Shown: piece by piece, positions 9,211-19,000 of the stretch
How positions within the stretch are numbered: position 1 is the stretch's first letter
Layout of the letters: every line of letters begins with the position of its first letter
From: an uncultured delta proteobacterium
GTDB lineage: Bacteria; Myxococcota_A; Polyangia; Polyangiales; Houyiibacteriaceae
DNA: 64,000 bases
Assembly: GCA_963699755.1 (NCBI GenBank)
Contig: CAVOVB010000001.1
Coordinates: 1,120,001-1,184,000, forward strand
Reading direction: 5' to 3'
Notes under the pieces: generated by a model
Database searches by the model: none
Told to the model about the DNA's origin: nothing
Seen by the model: the letters and a program-made list of their open reading frames with translations, nothing else
Made by a program: the position numbers and the translations under genes

Positions 9211-10946
9211 AGCCGCGGCGGCCCTTGGCGCTCGTCTTGCTTCTGCTCGTCCTGCTTCTAGGGTGCAGCTTCGACCAAGGCGCGGTTCCCACGATCGCCA
9301 ACGCCTGCGGGGGGAATTCGGGCTGCGCCGAGGGCGTCTGCGATGGGAGCATCTGCATCGATGATTCGGGCGCAACGGTGGATCTCGCCATCGAGGTCCT
9401 GCACGGCGCGACCGAGATGCAGGTCGTCACACCGGCGAGCTGGGCGTTTGCCGCAGCACCTGCAACCGGCTCGATCAGTCGCGACCTCGTCTTACCGGCG
9501 ACCCGGCAAGTCCTCGGAAAGGTGCGCTGGGACGGGGCACGCGTTCCGGCGACACTTCGTTTCATTCGCAAGATGGATCAGGCCGTCGCGGCCCTGGCAC
9601 CGGTCCCGATCGAGGTCGACACCTTGCGCGAGCCCTTGGGCGCCGACGGATCCGACCTCGACGATTTCAGCGCCATCTTAGTCGCTGGCGCGACCTACGA
9701 CCTGTTGGTGCTGCCTAGCAGCGATACCGTTCCGGTGAGTGTGCAGGAGGCCGCCCCCGCGATACGGACCCTTCCTCCGCTCTACCTCGAGCTCGCAATC
9801 GATTCCGGCGATGCGAGCGAGCCGTTTCGCGTCGACGTCTCGTTTCCTCCTGGGCTTGCGCAAGACTGCACGGATGATCGCGACATAGGCTGCACCTTCA
9901 GCGCCGAGATTGTCAGCTTCGACGACGAAACCCAGCTCGAGCTTCCCGAGGCCGGCTTGCAAGTCCGAGCCATCGACGAGCAGAGCGGCCGCGTCGTTTC
10001 TTCGATCGCCGAGACAGATGCCGCCGGGCGTTTCGCCATTCGCATCAGCGAGGATGCATCCGACTATCTGATCCGCGTCACATCGAGCGCGGGACGCCCT
10101 TCCTTCCCGGCGGTCACCGTCGATCCGGACGTGGTCTTTGCAAACAGCCCCGAGAAAAAGGTCGTCTCCATCCCAAGGCTCGCCGCCATTCAGGTGACGG
10201 GAGAAGTCCGGGACAGGCTCGGCAGAGCGGTGCCCCTTGCCACGGTACGGTTCGTTTCCGCGGGCATCTTTGGCGGGAGCCAGCCCGGGCTAGTCGGGTC
10301 GTTCAGCAGCTCCACGACGACGAACGAGGATGGCAGCTTCGGCAAAGAGCTGCTGACCGGATTCTATTCGATCACGGTGACGCCGCCCGAGGACATCGAA
10401 AATGACTGGGGAGCTCTATCGGATAGCTCAGTGGTCGACGAAGAACGTACGAGCGTCGGCGCCTTGATCGTCCCTTGGCAGCTCGGTCTTCGAGGCACGG
10501 TGTCGACGTTCCGCGAGGAGCGAGCCGCAGGGGTGACGGTTTTGGCTCGGGCGAGATCAGCAATGGACACTGGCGCCGTGAATACGTCTCAAGAGACGGT
10601 GTCGGGCGACCTTGGTGATTTCGCGATGAGCGTTGACATTGGCCTCTACGACGTACAGGTAAAGGTTCCGGCGGATTCCGGCTACGCCTGGCTGGTCGAG
10701 CCCGACCTCCTGATGAGCCTCGAAAAGGGTGACTTGGAAAAGGACTATCGCTTGGCACCGCCCGTGGCAGTCTACGGAGTGATCCGCAGCAATGACGGGG
10801 AAGCGGTGCCGAACGCGCTAGTCCGCGGCCACCTTTTCAACAACGGCGTCGACGGCACCAGCCGTCCTCTCCAAGTCGCAGAATCGCTGTCCCGCGAAGA
10901 TGGCAGCTACCGCCTGCTCATCCAGCCGTTTTTCGGCGCCGAATGA
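9207..10946 (+). CDS. Hypothetical lipoprotein with Cys-rich module and repeated carboxypeptidase-regulatory-like beta-sandwich units
   Basis: MKPRRPLALVLLLLVLLLGC lipobox, CGGNSGCAEGVCDGSIC, and repeated G-x-V...T-x-x-x-G-x-F/Y units. Confidence 0.75.
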   Translation: MKPRRPLALVLLLLVLLLGCSFDQGAVPTIANACGGNSGCAEGVCDGSICIDDSGATVDLAIEVLHGATEMQVVTPASWAFAAAPATGSISRDLVLPATRQVLGKVRWDGARVPATLRFIRKMDQAVAALAPVPIEVDTLREPLGADGSDLDDFSAILVAGATYDLLVLPSSDTVPVSVQEAAPAIRTLPPLYLELAIDSGDASEPFRVDVSFPPGLAQDCTDDRDIGCTFSAEIVSFDDETQLELPEAGLQVRAIDEQSGRVVSSIAETDAAGRFAIRISEDASDYLIRVTSSAGRPSFPAVTVDPDVVFANSPEKKVVSIPRLAAIQVTGEVRDRLGRAVPLATVRFVSAGIFGGSQPGLVGSFSSSTTTNEDGSFGKELLTGFYSITVTPPEDIENDWGALSDSSVVDEERTSVGALIVPWQLGLRGTVSTFREERAAGVTVLARARSAMDTGAVNTSQETVSGDLGDFAMSVDIGLYDVQVKVPADSGYAWLVEPDLLMSLEKGDLEKDYRLAPPVAVYGVIRSNDGEAVPNALVRGHLFNNGVDGTSRPLQVAESLSREDGSYRLLIQPFFGAE

Positions 10947-12462
10947 ACATGAGGATGATGGCGGCAAGTCCGAGCCAGCCAGGCCAGTCCCCGAGTCGCC
11001 CGTAGATGGTATCGATTTCGAGCATCCTCACGTCGTAGCGCAGGTTCTCGCGCGTGAGCAGACCGGTTTGGGCCACGACTCTGCCAAGTGGGTCGATGAC
11101 GGCGCTGATGCCGCTGTTGGTTGCGCGCACCAGGTAGCGGCGATGCTCGATGGCGCGGTACTGCGACAAGACGAGATGGATCCACGGCTCCTGCGACTCG
11201 CCGAACCAGGCGTCATTGGTGAGATTGATCAGCACGTGCGGTTTCGCGGTCCGCACCATCTTTCGTGTGAAGCGCGCGAGCACGTCTTCGTAGCAAACCG
11301 GCGTGGAGATTCGCCATTGGCCGAGCGTCAATGGGCGAACGTGTGTGCCAGCGCTGAACCGTCCGCTGTTCGGAGAAAGATCGTAGAGGATCGGGAAGAC
11401 ATCGCCGAAGGGGAGGTACTCTCCAAACATCAGCAGATAGGTCTTGTCATAGGTGGACTGCACGGTGCCTTGGTCATCGGTGAGAAACACCGTGTTGTAG
11501 ACCTTGCGCTTGCCGTCGATTCGCGCGGTCGACACACCACCAAAGAGGAGCGGTGACTTCAAGTCTTGTCGGACCAGATCCGCCGACATGGGCACCCTGC
11601 GCGGAAGGCCGTCGATGAACGCAGATTCGGGCCAAACGAGTAAATCGAGCGCGCCTTCCTCCTCCAGCTGGCGACTTTGTTCGAGGTGGCGGCGATGACC
11701 TTCCTCGGCCTCGCTGCGTTTTTCGAAAATCCCCATGTTCACCTGCACGATACCCATGCGTAGGATGGGTGCCTCTTGCATGATCGCTTCGACTTGGGGG
11801 ATCCGCACCATGCCGTATACCGCCGCGAACCCGATCGCGGCCAGGGATATACCAAAGAGCGCTTTGGGTGCGTCACGCTCCGCCCGCCTCCAACGCCAGG
11901 CCTCGTAGATCGACAAGTTGACCAACGCGATCAGCACTGTGATCAGCATTGGTCCGCCGAGGTCTGCGATCTGAACGAGCACAGTCTCGGCGTAGAGGCT
12001 GTTGGAGAGATAGGTGGGGAAGAGTGACGGATAGAGCCATTCGATCAAAAGCAAGGTCGGAATGGCGACCAAGCTCGTGCTCCAGCCGCGCTTTCGCAGA
12101 GCGCGGTAGACCAGGCCGTACACCGCGAAGTTGAAACCGAGATACGCGGAAAAGAGTAACCAGAAGAGCGCGCTCGCTGCATATCCATACCCCGAAAACA
12201 CGTCGAGAAACTCGACCAGCCAGTGATAGCCGCCCGCACAGGTGACCGTTCCGTAGAGCCAAGCGACCGCGAGGCTGTGGCGCCAGTTGCGCATCAAACC
12301 GAGCTCGAGCGCGGCCCAGAGCGGAACCAGGCAGATCAGGGAGAGCGGCCAATATCCAAAGCCCGCCCAACCAAGAAAATAGAAGGCGCCGCCGAGCATG
12401 GCGAGGCCGTATGCTTGGTAGCGAGGCGCCGGGCTCGCTTGCTTGGAGCTGCTCTCGGTCAC
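10918..12462 (-). CDS. lnt: Apolipoprotein N-acyltransferase
   Basis: Multi-TM N-terminus, VQVN, nitrilase triad WPES / YDKTYL / VCYED, NLTNDAWFG, RATNSGIS. GTG start overlaps the bioA stop. Confidence 0.93.
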   Translation of the reverse strand: MTESSSKQASPAPRYQAYGLAMLGGAFYFLGWAGFGYWPLSLICLVPLWAALELGLMRNWRHSLAVAWLYGTVTCAGGYHWLVEFLDVFSGYGYAASALFWLLFSAYLGFNFAVYGLVYRALRKRGWSTSLVAIPTLLLIEWLYPSLFPTYLSNSLYAETVLVQIADLGGPMLITVLIALVNLSIYEAWRWRRAERDAPKALFGISLAAIGFAAVYGMVRIPQVEAIMQEAPILRMGIVQVNMGIFEKRSEAEEGHRRHLEQSRQLEEEGALDLLVWPESAFIDGLPRRVPMSADLVRQDLKSPLLFGGVSTARIDGKRKVYNTVFLTDDQGTVQSTYDKTYLLMFGEYLPFGDVFPILYDLSPNSGRFSAGTHVRPLTLGQWRISTPVCYEDVLARFTRKMVRTAKPHVLINLTNDAWFGESQEPWIHLVLSQYRAIEHRRYLVRATNSGISAVIDPLGRVVAQTGLLTRENLRYDVRMLEIDTIYGRLGDWPGWLGLAAIILMFIRRRKTAG

Positions 12463-13760
12463 TGGGCGCTTCGTAGCACGCGTTCGGTCGATTCGCGCAC
12501 GATGTCGAGCAAGCGCTCGAGGTCGGCGTCCTCGATGTTGAGAGGTGGAACGAGGTAGACCGTGTTGCCCAGGGGGCGCAGGTGGGCGCCAAGCTCGAGC
12601 GCGGTTTCGGCGATTTCCCAGCCGATGGTGCCCATGTAGCCGCGCGCGCCCACTTCGAACGCCGCACACATCCCGAGGGCACGCGGCGCGGACACTCCCG
12701 CGATTTCGCGCATGTTCTCGATTCGTCGAGCGAGCAGCGCCGCTTTGGATTTCGCCGTTTCGAGAACCTGCTCGTCACGGTAGATCGCGAGCACTTCGCG
12801 CGCGACCGCCGCGCCTAGCGGATTGCCGCAAAAGGTATGTCCGTGCATGAGCGCACGGCGCTTGTCGCCGCGAAAGCCGTCATAGATCCGTTCAGTCGCC
12901 AAAGTCGCAGCGAAGGGAAGCATTCCGCCCGAGAGGCCCTTCGCCGTGCACAGCAGGTCCGGGGTGACGCCCGCCTGGTCGCAGGCCCAGAATGACCCCG
13001 TTCGGCCGAACCCAGTGAACACTTCGTCGGCGATCAGGAAGGTGCCGGCCCGCTCGGTTTCCTCGCGTAGCGCAGCCAGGAGCTCGGTAGGGTACATCCG
13101 CATGCCCGCCGCGCCTTGAACGAGCGGCTCGACGATGACGGCTGCGATCTGGTCCGAGTCACGGCGGACAAGCGCGAACAGCTCCTCGAAAATCGCGCCC
13201 CAACTTCGCTCAGGCACCTCCGGTGGCCTATGCACCTCGAACATGAGTGGCCGAAACACCGAGCTAAACGCATCGACGGCCCCTGCGCTCATCGCTCCCA
13301 AGGTGTCACCGTGATAGGCGCCGGGGAGCGCAAGGAAGCGGGTTCGAGCCGGACGTCCATTTTGCTGCCAGTATTGAAACGCCATCTTCAGGGCGACCTC
13401 GACGGAAGTGGAGCCGTTGTCGCTGTAGAAGACCCGGTCGAGGCCATCGGGGGCAATCTCGGCGAGCTCGGCCGCGAGGAGCGCCGCAGGTTCGTGCGTC
13501 GCCGCCGCCAGCGTGCAGTGCATCATTCGTTCGGACTGCCTCGCGATCGCGGCGCGAAGACGCGGATGCCCGTGACCGAGGTTGTTGCACCACCAAGAGC
13601 CACTTGCGTCGAGAAACCGCCGCCCGTCGGCCGCAATCAACCAAGGCCCTTCGGCCCGATCGACGACGAGAAGCGGCCGCGTTTCGTGATCCTCACTCGA
13701 GGTGTACGGGCGCCACAGGTGGGCCCGATCGAGGGCGATCAGCTCGTCGTCCGAAGGCAT
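12459..13760 (-). CDS. bioA: Adenosylmethionine--8-amino-7-oxononanoate aminotransferase
   Basis: HLWRPYT, SWWCNNLGH, DNGSTSVEVALKMA, YHGDT, IADEVFTGFGRTG, AKGLSGG, HGHTFCGNP. Confidence 0.93.
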   Translation of the reverse strand: MPSDDELIALDRAHLWRPYTSSEDHETRPLLVVDRAEGPWLIAADGRRFLDASGSWWCNNLGHGHPRLRAAIARQSERMMHCTLAAATHEPAALLAAELAEIAPDGLDRVFYSDNGSTSVEVALKMAFQYWQQNGRPARTRFLALPGAYHGDTLGAMSAGAVDAFSSVFRPLMFEVHRPPEVPERSWGAIFEELFALVRRDSDQIAAVIVEPLVQGAAGMRMYPTELLAALREETERAGTFLIADEVFTGFGRTGSFWACDQAGVTPDLLCTAKGLSGGMLPFAATLATERIYDGFRGDKRRALMHGHTFCGNPLGAAVAREVLAIYRDEQVLETAKSKAALLARRIENMREIAGVSAPRALGMCAAFEVGARGYMGTIGWEIAETALELGAHLRPLGNTVYLVPPLNIEDADLERLLDIVRESTERVLRSAQ

Positions 13761-13849
13761 TGGACTGACTTTGCGATGAGGTGATGACCGGCGCCAACCG
13801 GGGCGCGGGGGACGCGAGCGCGTGCGTTCGGGGCCGCGTTAGAGCTCCC

Positions 13850-16201
13850 CTACATCGGCCCGACGAGCACTTCTCGCCGGCCCCCTGCCTTGGAGCTCGG
13901 TGGCCCTACGACGCCTTGCTGTTCCATTTGCTCGACGAGCTTTGCGGCCTTGTTGTAGCCGACGCCCAACTGACGTTGCACGTGACTGATCGAACAGTAG
14001 CCTGCGTTTGCAACGACGGCGACGGCCTTGTCATAAAGCGGGTCGTCGCTCTCGGCGCTGAAGCCGTCGTCGTCACGTGGTTTCAGGATCTCTTCGTGGT
14101 ATTCGGGGTCGCCCTGCTCGCGCAGGAAGTCGCAGACCGCTTTGACTTCCTCTTCGCTGACATACGCCGCATGCACGCGTTGCAGATCGCCGGACCCTGG
14201 CGGAATCATGAGCATGTCGCCCATGCCCAGGAGGTGCTCTGCTCCGGAGCGGCCGAGGATCGTCATCGAGTCCTGCCGCTGCGCCACCTTGAATGCCACA
14301 CGCGCCGGGAAGTTCGCTTTGATCATGCCGGTGATGACATCGACGCTGGGGCGCTGGGTGGCGAGGATCACGTGGATGCCAGCGGCTCGCGCTTTCTGTG
14401 CGAGCCGCGCGATGCAGGCTTCGACGTCCTTGGCAGCGACCATCATCAGGTCGGCGAACTCGTCGACGACGACCACCACCGACGGCAGCTTCTCCGGCTC
14501 GAAGTTCTCCGCATCGGCCGCTTCACCGTCGGTCGGGTCGAGCAGGATCTCCTGACCGTTCGCGTCCTGGGCGCTGACTTTGCCTTTGCGCTTCGGGATG
14601 AACTTCTCGATCGAGAGCTCGCCCCGCAGGACGCGGTCGACCCGCCGATTGTAGGTGTCGATGTTCCGGGTGCCCGCATCGGCAAACACCTGATAGCGCC
14701 GCTCCATCTCGTCGACCGCCCATCGCAGAGCGAGCGCCGCCTTCTTCATGTCGGTGACGACAGGTAGCAGCATGTGCGGGATCCCATCGAAGACCTGCAG
14801 CTCGACTACCTTTGGATCGATCATCAACATCCGAACTTCTTCCGGTGTCTTCTTTGCGAGGATCGAAGTCAGCATCACGTTGAGCGCGACGCTCTTGCCG
14901 GACCCGGTTGCACCGGCGACCAGCAGGTGCGGCATCCGTGCGAGGTCCACATAGACAGGCTGGCCGCCAATGTCCTTACCAAGCGCCATCGGAAGGGCAC
15001 CCACCTGCTGCTCCCAACGCCGATCTTCGACGATTTCGCGGAGATGAACGGTTTGCCGGAAGTCGTTCGGGAGCTCGAAGCCAACCCGCGCCTTGCCGGC
15101 AATGGGCGCCACGATGCGCACCTTCTGGGCTGCCAAGGCCATTGCGAGGTCATCGGCGAGGCCCGCGATCTTGGAGACTTTCGTCCCACTCTGCGGCTCG
15201 AACTCGTACATCGTCACAACCGGCCCAGGATGGATCTCGTCCACTCGGCCCCGCACCCCGTAGGCCGCGAGCTTCTCGGTCAGTAGCTCCGCATTTTCGC
15301 GAAGCGCCTCGGCGTCGACGAGGATTTCGGAGGCATTCGGCTCGTCGAGAAGACTCGTCGGAGGCAGATTGAAGTCGCGGTGACGGCGCTGTGGAGCCGT
15401 CGAGATCTCCAAGGGCTTCTGCTGAGTCTCTTTCGGCGCGACGATCTTCGGGCCTTCGGCCGAGTTGGCCCCGGCATTCGGCGCTCTAGGCGTCGGCGCG
15501 GGGGTCGCGATCGACGGGGACGGCTCGCTCTGCATTTCCTCACGATCGTAGTGCATGCCCATGATCCGGGGCTGACTTGCTCGGATCTCTTCCTCGTGAA
15601 TCTCTCGGGCTTCTGCCCAGGCATCGCGAAGCGCCAGGATCAGGCCTCGAGCCTTCGCCCATGCCGCATGGCCCAGTCGCGCGAACGCTTGAACGGTCTC
15701 TTCGAGTGTCCAGGGGGTTCGCAGGATGACGGCGGTTCCCAGAATCGCGAAGCCGATGATCACCGTCCCGTAAAATCCAAGCAGAGAGCGAAGAACCTCG
15801 CCGAGCAGCTCTCCGACCGCGCCTCCAGGCGATGCCCCCCATACCGCCTTCGGCTCGATCAGCAGGTGCCCGAGCGCCGCACCGATCACGACGAGGACGA
15901 GCGTCGAGGCCAGCGTGGCCACGCCGAGCATTGCGGAACGCCTGCGGAACAGTCGCCAGGTGAGCAGGGCGCCCTCGAGCGGCAAGAACCAGGCGACCAG
16001 GCCAAAGGCGACCATCAGCGCTCGGGCGAATCGATGGCCGACCGGGCCGACCAAGTTGGCCGCACCGTTTCGCGCGTCGTAAGAGACGAGCGCCAGCGTC
16101 AGAAGGACGGTCGCGGTCAGGGCCAGGATCGCGAGAACATCCTGCCCCCTGCCCTCCGGGGCCGTCAGGTCACCCGAAGAGGTGGTTTCATGTGCGCTCA
16201 A
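13850..16201 (-). CDS. ftsK: DNA translocase FtsK
   Basis: N-terminal TM segments, PHLLVAGATGSGKS, MIDPK, VDEFADLM, LATQRPSVDVITG and a C-terminal gamma domain (VGYNKAAKLVEQME). Confidence 0.96.
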   Translation of the reverse strand: MSAHETTSSGDLTAPEGRGQDVLAILALTATVLLTLALVSYDARNGAANLVGPVGHRFARALMVAFGLVAWFLPLEGALLTWRLFRRRSAMLGVATLASTLVLVVIGAALGHLLIEPKAVWGASPGGAVGELLGEVLRSLLGFYGTVIIGFAILGTAVILRTPWTLEETVQAFARLGHAAWAKARGLILALRDAWAEAREIHEEEIRASQPRIMGMHYDREEMQSEPSPSIATPAPTPRAPNAGANSAEGPKIVAPKETQQKPLEISTAPQRRHRDFNLPPTSLLDEPNASEILVDAEALRENAELLTEKLAAYGVRGRVDEIHPGPVVTMYEFEPQSGTKVSKIAGLADDLAMALAAQKVRIVAPIAGKARVGFELPNDFRQTVHLREIVEDRRWEQQVGALPMALGKDIGGQPVYVDLARMPHLLVAGATGSGKSVALNVMLTSILAKKTPEEVRMLMIDPKVVELQVFDGIPHMLLPVVTDMKKAALALRWAVDEMERRYQVFADAGTRNIDTYNRRVDRVLRGELSIEKFIPKRKGKVSAQDANGQEILLDPTDGEAADAENFEPEKLPSVVVVVDEFADLMMVAAKDVEACIARLAQKARAAGIHVILATQRPSVDVITGMIKANFPARVAFKVAQRQDSMTILGRSGAEHLLGMGDMLMIPPGSGDLQRVHAAYVSEEEVKAVCDFLREQGDPEYHEEILKPRDDDGFSAESDDPLYDKAVAVVANAGYCSISHVQRQLGVGYNKAAKLVEQMEQQGVVGPPSSKAGGRREVLVGPM

Positions 16202-16347
16202 GTAAGATGCCTCCTACATCCACAGGCTATGCGCGCGCAGCTTGCGTGGTCAAGAAATCACGGTGTTCCAAGCGTCTTGAAAGCGCAACGGAATCCTCTA
16301 TTATCTTGCCGGGTTGCATGTTCAGGGGGGATGGTTTCGCCGGTCGC

Positions 16348-17901
16348 ATGGGTTGGACGACAAAGATCGTGGTTCTTTGCTCGGTCGCCGGCGTGATGCT
16401 GACGGGCTGCAAGGTTGATAGCGAGGACGTGCAGCAATGGAAAGAAACCGTCAAAGGGCCGGCGAGGCTCAGCGCGGTGATCGGCAGCGACCGATACAGT
16501 CCCGAGCTTCGGACCGAAGCGGCGCTGGCGCTCGTCGAGATGGATCGCAGCGACGTGGATGCGCTCGCCCTTCTCGAGAAGTCATTCGATGATCTCCGCC
16601 GCGAGGACCGCGCGACCAGCGAAACCATCGTGGGCGGAATGATCCCGCGCCTCGAAGCGGTGCTGTCCGAGAAGCCCGATCCGGGGGCCAAAGGCCCCGA
16701 CCCGATGCAGGTGCGCGCGAAGGACGCTGCGTACATGGTGGTGCCCTATGCGCCTGAGAGCTCTCGCAACGAGCTCATCCGCGCCGTCGTAGGCTGGTAC
16801 TCCGCCGACTTCGAAGGACGGAGCCTCGCAGGGGACTACAGCGCCGAGCAGGTGACGCGGGCTCTCGGGGCGGAGGCAGCGGGCATGCTCGTCGATGCGC
16901 TGCACGAGAAGATGCCGCCCCAAGCGATGATCAAGATCTCAGAAATCATTGGGGAAGACGGCGACGAACAAACCAGAAAACGCGCAGGCGCGCGGCTCGT
17001 GACGATCGAAAAAGCGATGGAGAAAGCCGCCTTCGTTAACTGGCTTGCCGATCAGATTCGCGATTCGCTCAAGGCATCGGGCGAAGAGCCCGACGAAGCG
17101 CGGGTGAGCTCCTTGGCGCTCTACAACCGCGAGAACTACATCAATCAGGGGGCGCTCCCGGCGATGCAGTACCTCGGCGAGCAAGCACTGGTGTCGAGCC
17201 GCTTGCTCGCGATCGCCGACACCAAGCCCGGAGAGGGCGACCCCGAAGCGTGGATCGAGCGCCTCAACGCGCGGCGAGCTACCGCCCTCAAGGCGCTCGA
17301 GGGGCACGTGACGCGCACACACCTGAACCGTTTGCTATCGATCGCCCTCGATTCGAGCAACCCGGTCGAGGTCCGCGACTATGCATTCGATCGCGTTGGA
17401 GATGTCCGCAGCCGCGATGCAATTCCTCGGCTTTGGCCCCTCGTCGAGCGCGTGGGATGCACCGAGGCTTCCTGCACAGCGTCGGACAAGCTCGAAAAGC
17501 GCCTCCGCTGGCGGGCCGGCGAGCTGGTTCTGTCCCTCGGGGGCTCCTCCGCGATCGAGCCATTTTCACAACGATTACCGTCAGCTCCGGGGATTCAGTA
17601 CGAGCCGGAGGAGCTCGAAGGCTACGCGACCCGGATGAGCCAAATGACACCTCCGCCTACATCCACCGTCATCCCACTGCTCAATTCGCAACAGTGGTGG
17701 AATCGTGTGGTCGCATTGCGCTATCTTGAACGCAGAGGTGGGGAAGCAGATGTCCCCGTCATGAAGCGGTTGATGTCGGATGATGGCGCGGTTGCGGGGC
17801 AAGGTTGGACGGAGCTGAATCCACCGGTGACAACGGTGGGCCAGGTTGCGGAAGCCGCCGTCACGGCGCTTCGGACACGCGAGGAAGGTGACAAAGAGTG
17901 A
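16348..17901 (+). CDS. Hypothetical helical-repeat (HEAT-like) lipoprotein
   Basis: MGWTTKIVVLCSVAGVMLTGC lipobox. HEAT-like segments include LRTEAALALVEM, VRDYAFDRVGDV and NRVVALRYLER. Confidence 0.75.
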   Translation: MGWTTKIVVLCSVAGVMLTGCKVDSEDVQQWKETVKGPARLSAVIGSDRYSPELRTEAALALVEMDRSDVDALALLEKSFDDLRREDRATSETIVGGMIPRLEAVLSEKPDPGAKGPDPMQVRAKDAAYMVVPYAPESSRNELIRAVVGWYSADFEGRSLAGDYSAEQVTRALGAEAAGMLVDALHEKMPPQAMIKISEIIGEDGDEQTRKRAGARLVTIEKAMEKAAFVNWLADQIRDSLKASGEEPDEARVSSLALYNRENYINQGALPAMQYLGEQALVSSRLLAIADTKPGEGDPEAWIERLNARRATALKALEGHVTRTHLNRLLSIALDSSNPVEVRDYAFDRVGDVRSRDAIPRLWPLVERVGCTEASCTASDKLEKRLRWRAGELVLSLGGSSAIEPFSQRLPSAPGIQYEPEELEGYATRMSQMTPPPTSTVIPLLNSQQWWNRVVALRYLERRGGEADVPVMKRLMSDDGAVAGQGWTELNPPVTTVGQVAEAAVTALRTREEGDKE

Positions 17902-17913
17902 GTAGTCGAAGCC

Positions 17914-18564
17914 ATGGCTGATCAGGGCGACAGGAAAACAATGCGTGCATTTCAGTGCCGCGACTACCTCTTCGAGATCTTCGATCGATTAAGCAACGAG
18001 CATCAGTGTTCGGTCGACTACCTGATCAACGAGGCGATGCGCGAGTATGCGCGCGCGCGCGAGCAGTCTGTTGCCGCCGTTGGAGTGCAATCCCAAGACC
18101 TCGTGAACTCGGCGGTCGCGGGTGGGCCAGTGAGGTCTGCGCTGTCCATCGACGCTCGGCGGCCACCCATGCTGACGCCGGTGCCCTCGCGCCGCCCGAC
18201 CGTGCAGCCGGCCGTCAATCCGTTGATGGCGGCTACCGTGCCACCACCGCTCCCCGGGCGCCGGCCCTCCGACCTTGCACGCCGACGAGTCCTAATGCTT
18301 CAGTTCAACGGCGAATCGATTCCCGTCGACAAAGACGAGTTCATCATCGGCAGAGGTGCGCGAAGCACGGATCTCGCGATTCGTGATGGCAATGTTTCAC
18401 GCAAGCATGCGGCGATCGTCTTTCACGATGGAGCGTACTTCATGAAAGACTTGGGCAGCACGAATGGAATCGAGTTCGCGGGTCAACGTGTCGAATCCAA
18501 GCGAATCGAAGAAGGCGACGTGTATCGCATTTGCGATTACGAGATTCGCTTCTCGTTTCAATGA
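17914..18564 (+). CDS. Ribbon-helix-helix-like domain, Pro-rich linker and FHA domain protein
   Basis: C-terminal canonical FHA (IIGRG...DGNVSRKHA...DLGSTNG). N-terminal RHH-like pattern (RAFQCRDYLFEIFDRLSNEHQCSVDYLINEAMREY). Confidence 0.85.
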   Translation: MADQGDRKTMRAFQCRDYLFEIFDRLSNEHQCSVDYLINEAMREYARAREQSVAAVGVQSQDLVNSAVAGGPVRSALSIDARRPPMLTPVPSRRPTVQPAVNPLMAATVPPPLPGRRPSDLARRRVLMLQFNGESIPVDKDEFIIGRGARSTDLAIRDGNVSRKHAAIVFHDGAYFMKDLGSTNGIEFAGQRVESKRIEEGDVYRICDYEIRFSFQ

Positions 18565-18580
18565 GCCGAGCTGGGCGCGT

Positions 18581-19000
18581 TTGGGCGGCGCCGGTTTCAT
18601 TGTGCTCGGGCTCGCCTGCGCCCTCCCCGCCTCTTCAGGGCTAGCGAATGAGGCGAGCGCGTCGGCGCAGACCGTAGAGCTTCGGAACCGACTCACTCAG
18701 CTCGAGGCTCGCGACGATGCCAAGTATGCCAAGGGGGCGCTCGAGCAAGCGCGGAGGGCTCTGTCGGCCGCTTCTCACGACGCCGAACATCCAAGCGCAG
18801 CCTCACGCGCCCGGAAGATCGCCGAAGCCGCCATGGTCTTGGCGGATCGGCAACTCGCGCATCGCAGGGCCCAGGCCGAGCTGTTTGCCACCCAACGCCG
18901 CCTCAGCTCGAGCCGTGAACGCGCCAACGCGCAGCGACGGGTGCTCGAAGCGCTCATGAAAGATCGGGCATCGCTGGCGCGCGAAGGAGAACGTCCTTGA
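18581..19000 (+). CDS. Hypothetical secreted coiled-coil protein (DUF4398-like)
   Basis: Signal-like hydrophobic stretch followed by Ala/Arg-rich helices. Stop overlaps the next start (TTGA). Start uncertain. Confidence 0.55.
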   Translation: MGGAGFIVLGLACALPASSGLANEASASAQTVELRNRLTQLEARDDAKYAKGALEQARRALSAASHDAEHPSAASRARKIAEAAMVLADRQLAHRRAQAELFATQRRLSSSRERANAQRRVLEALMKDRASLAREGERP

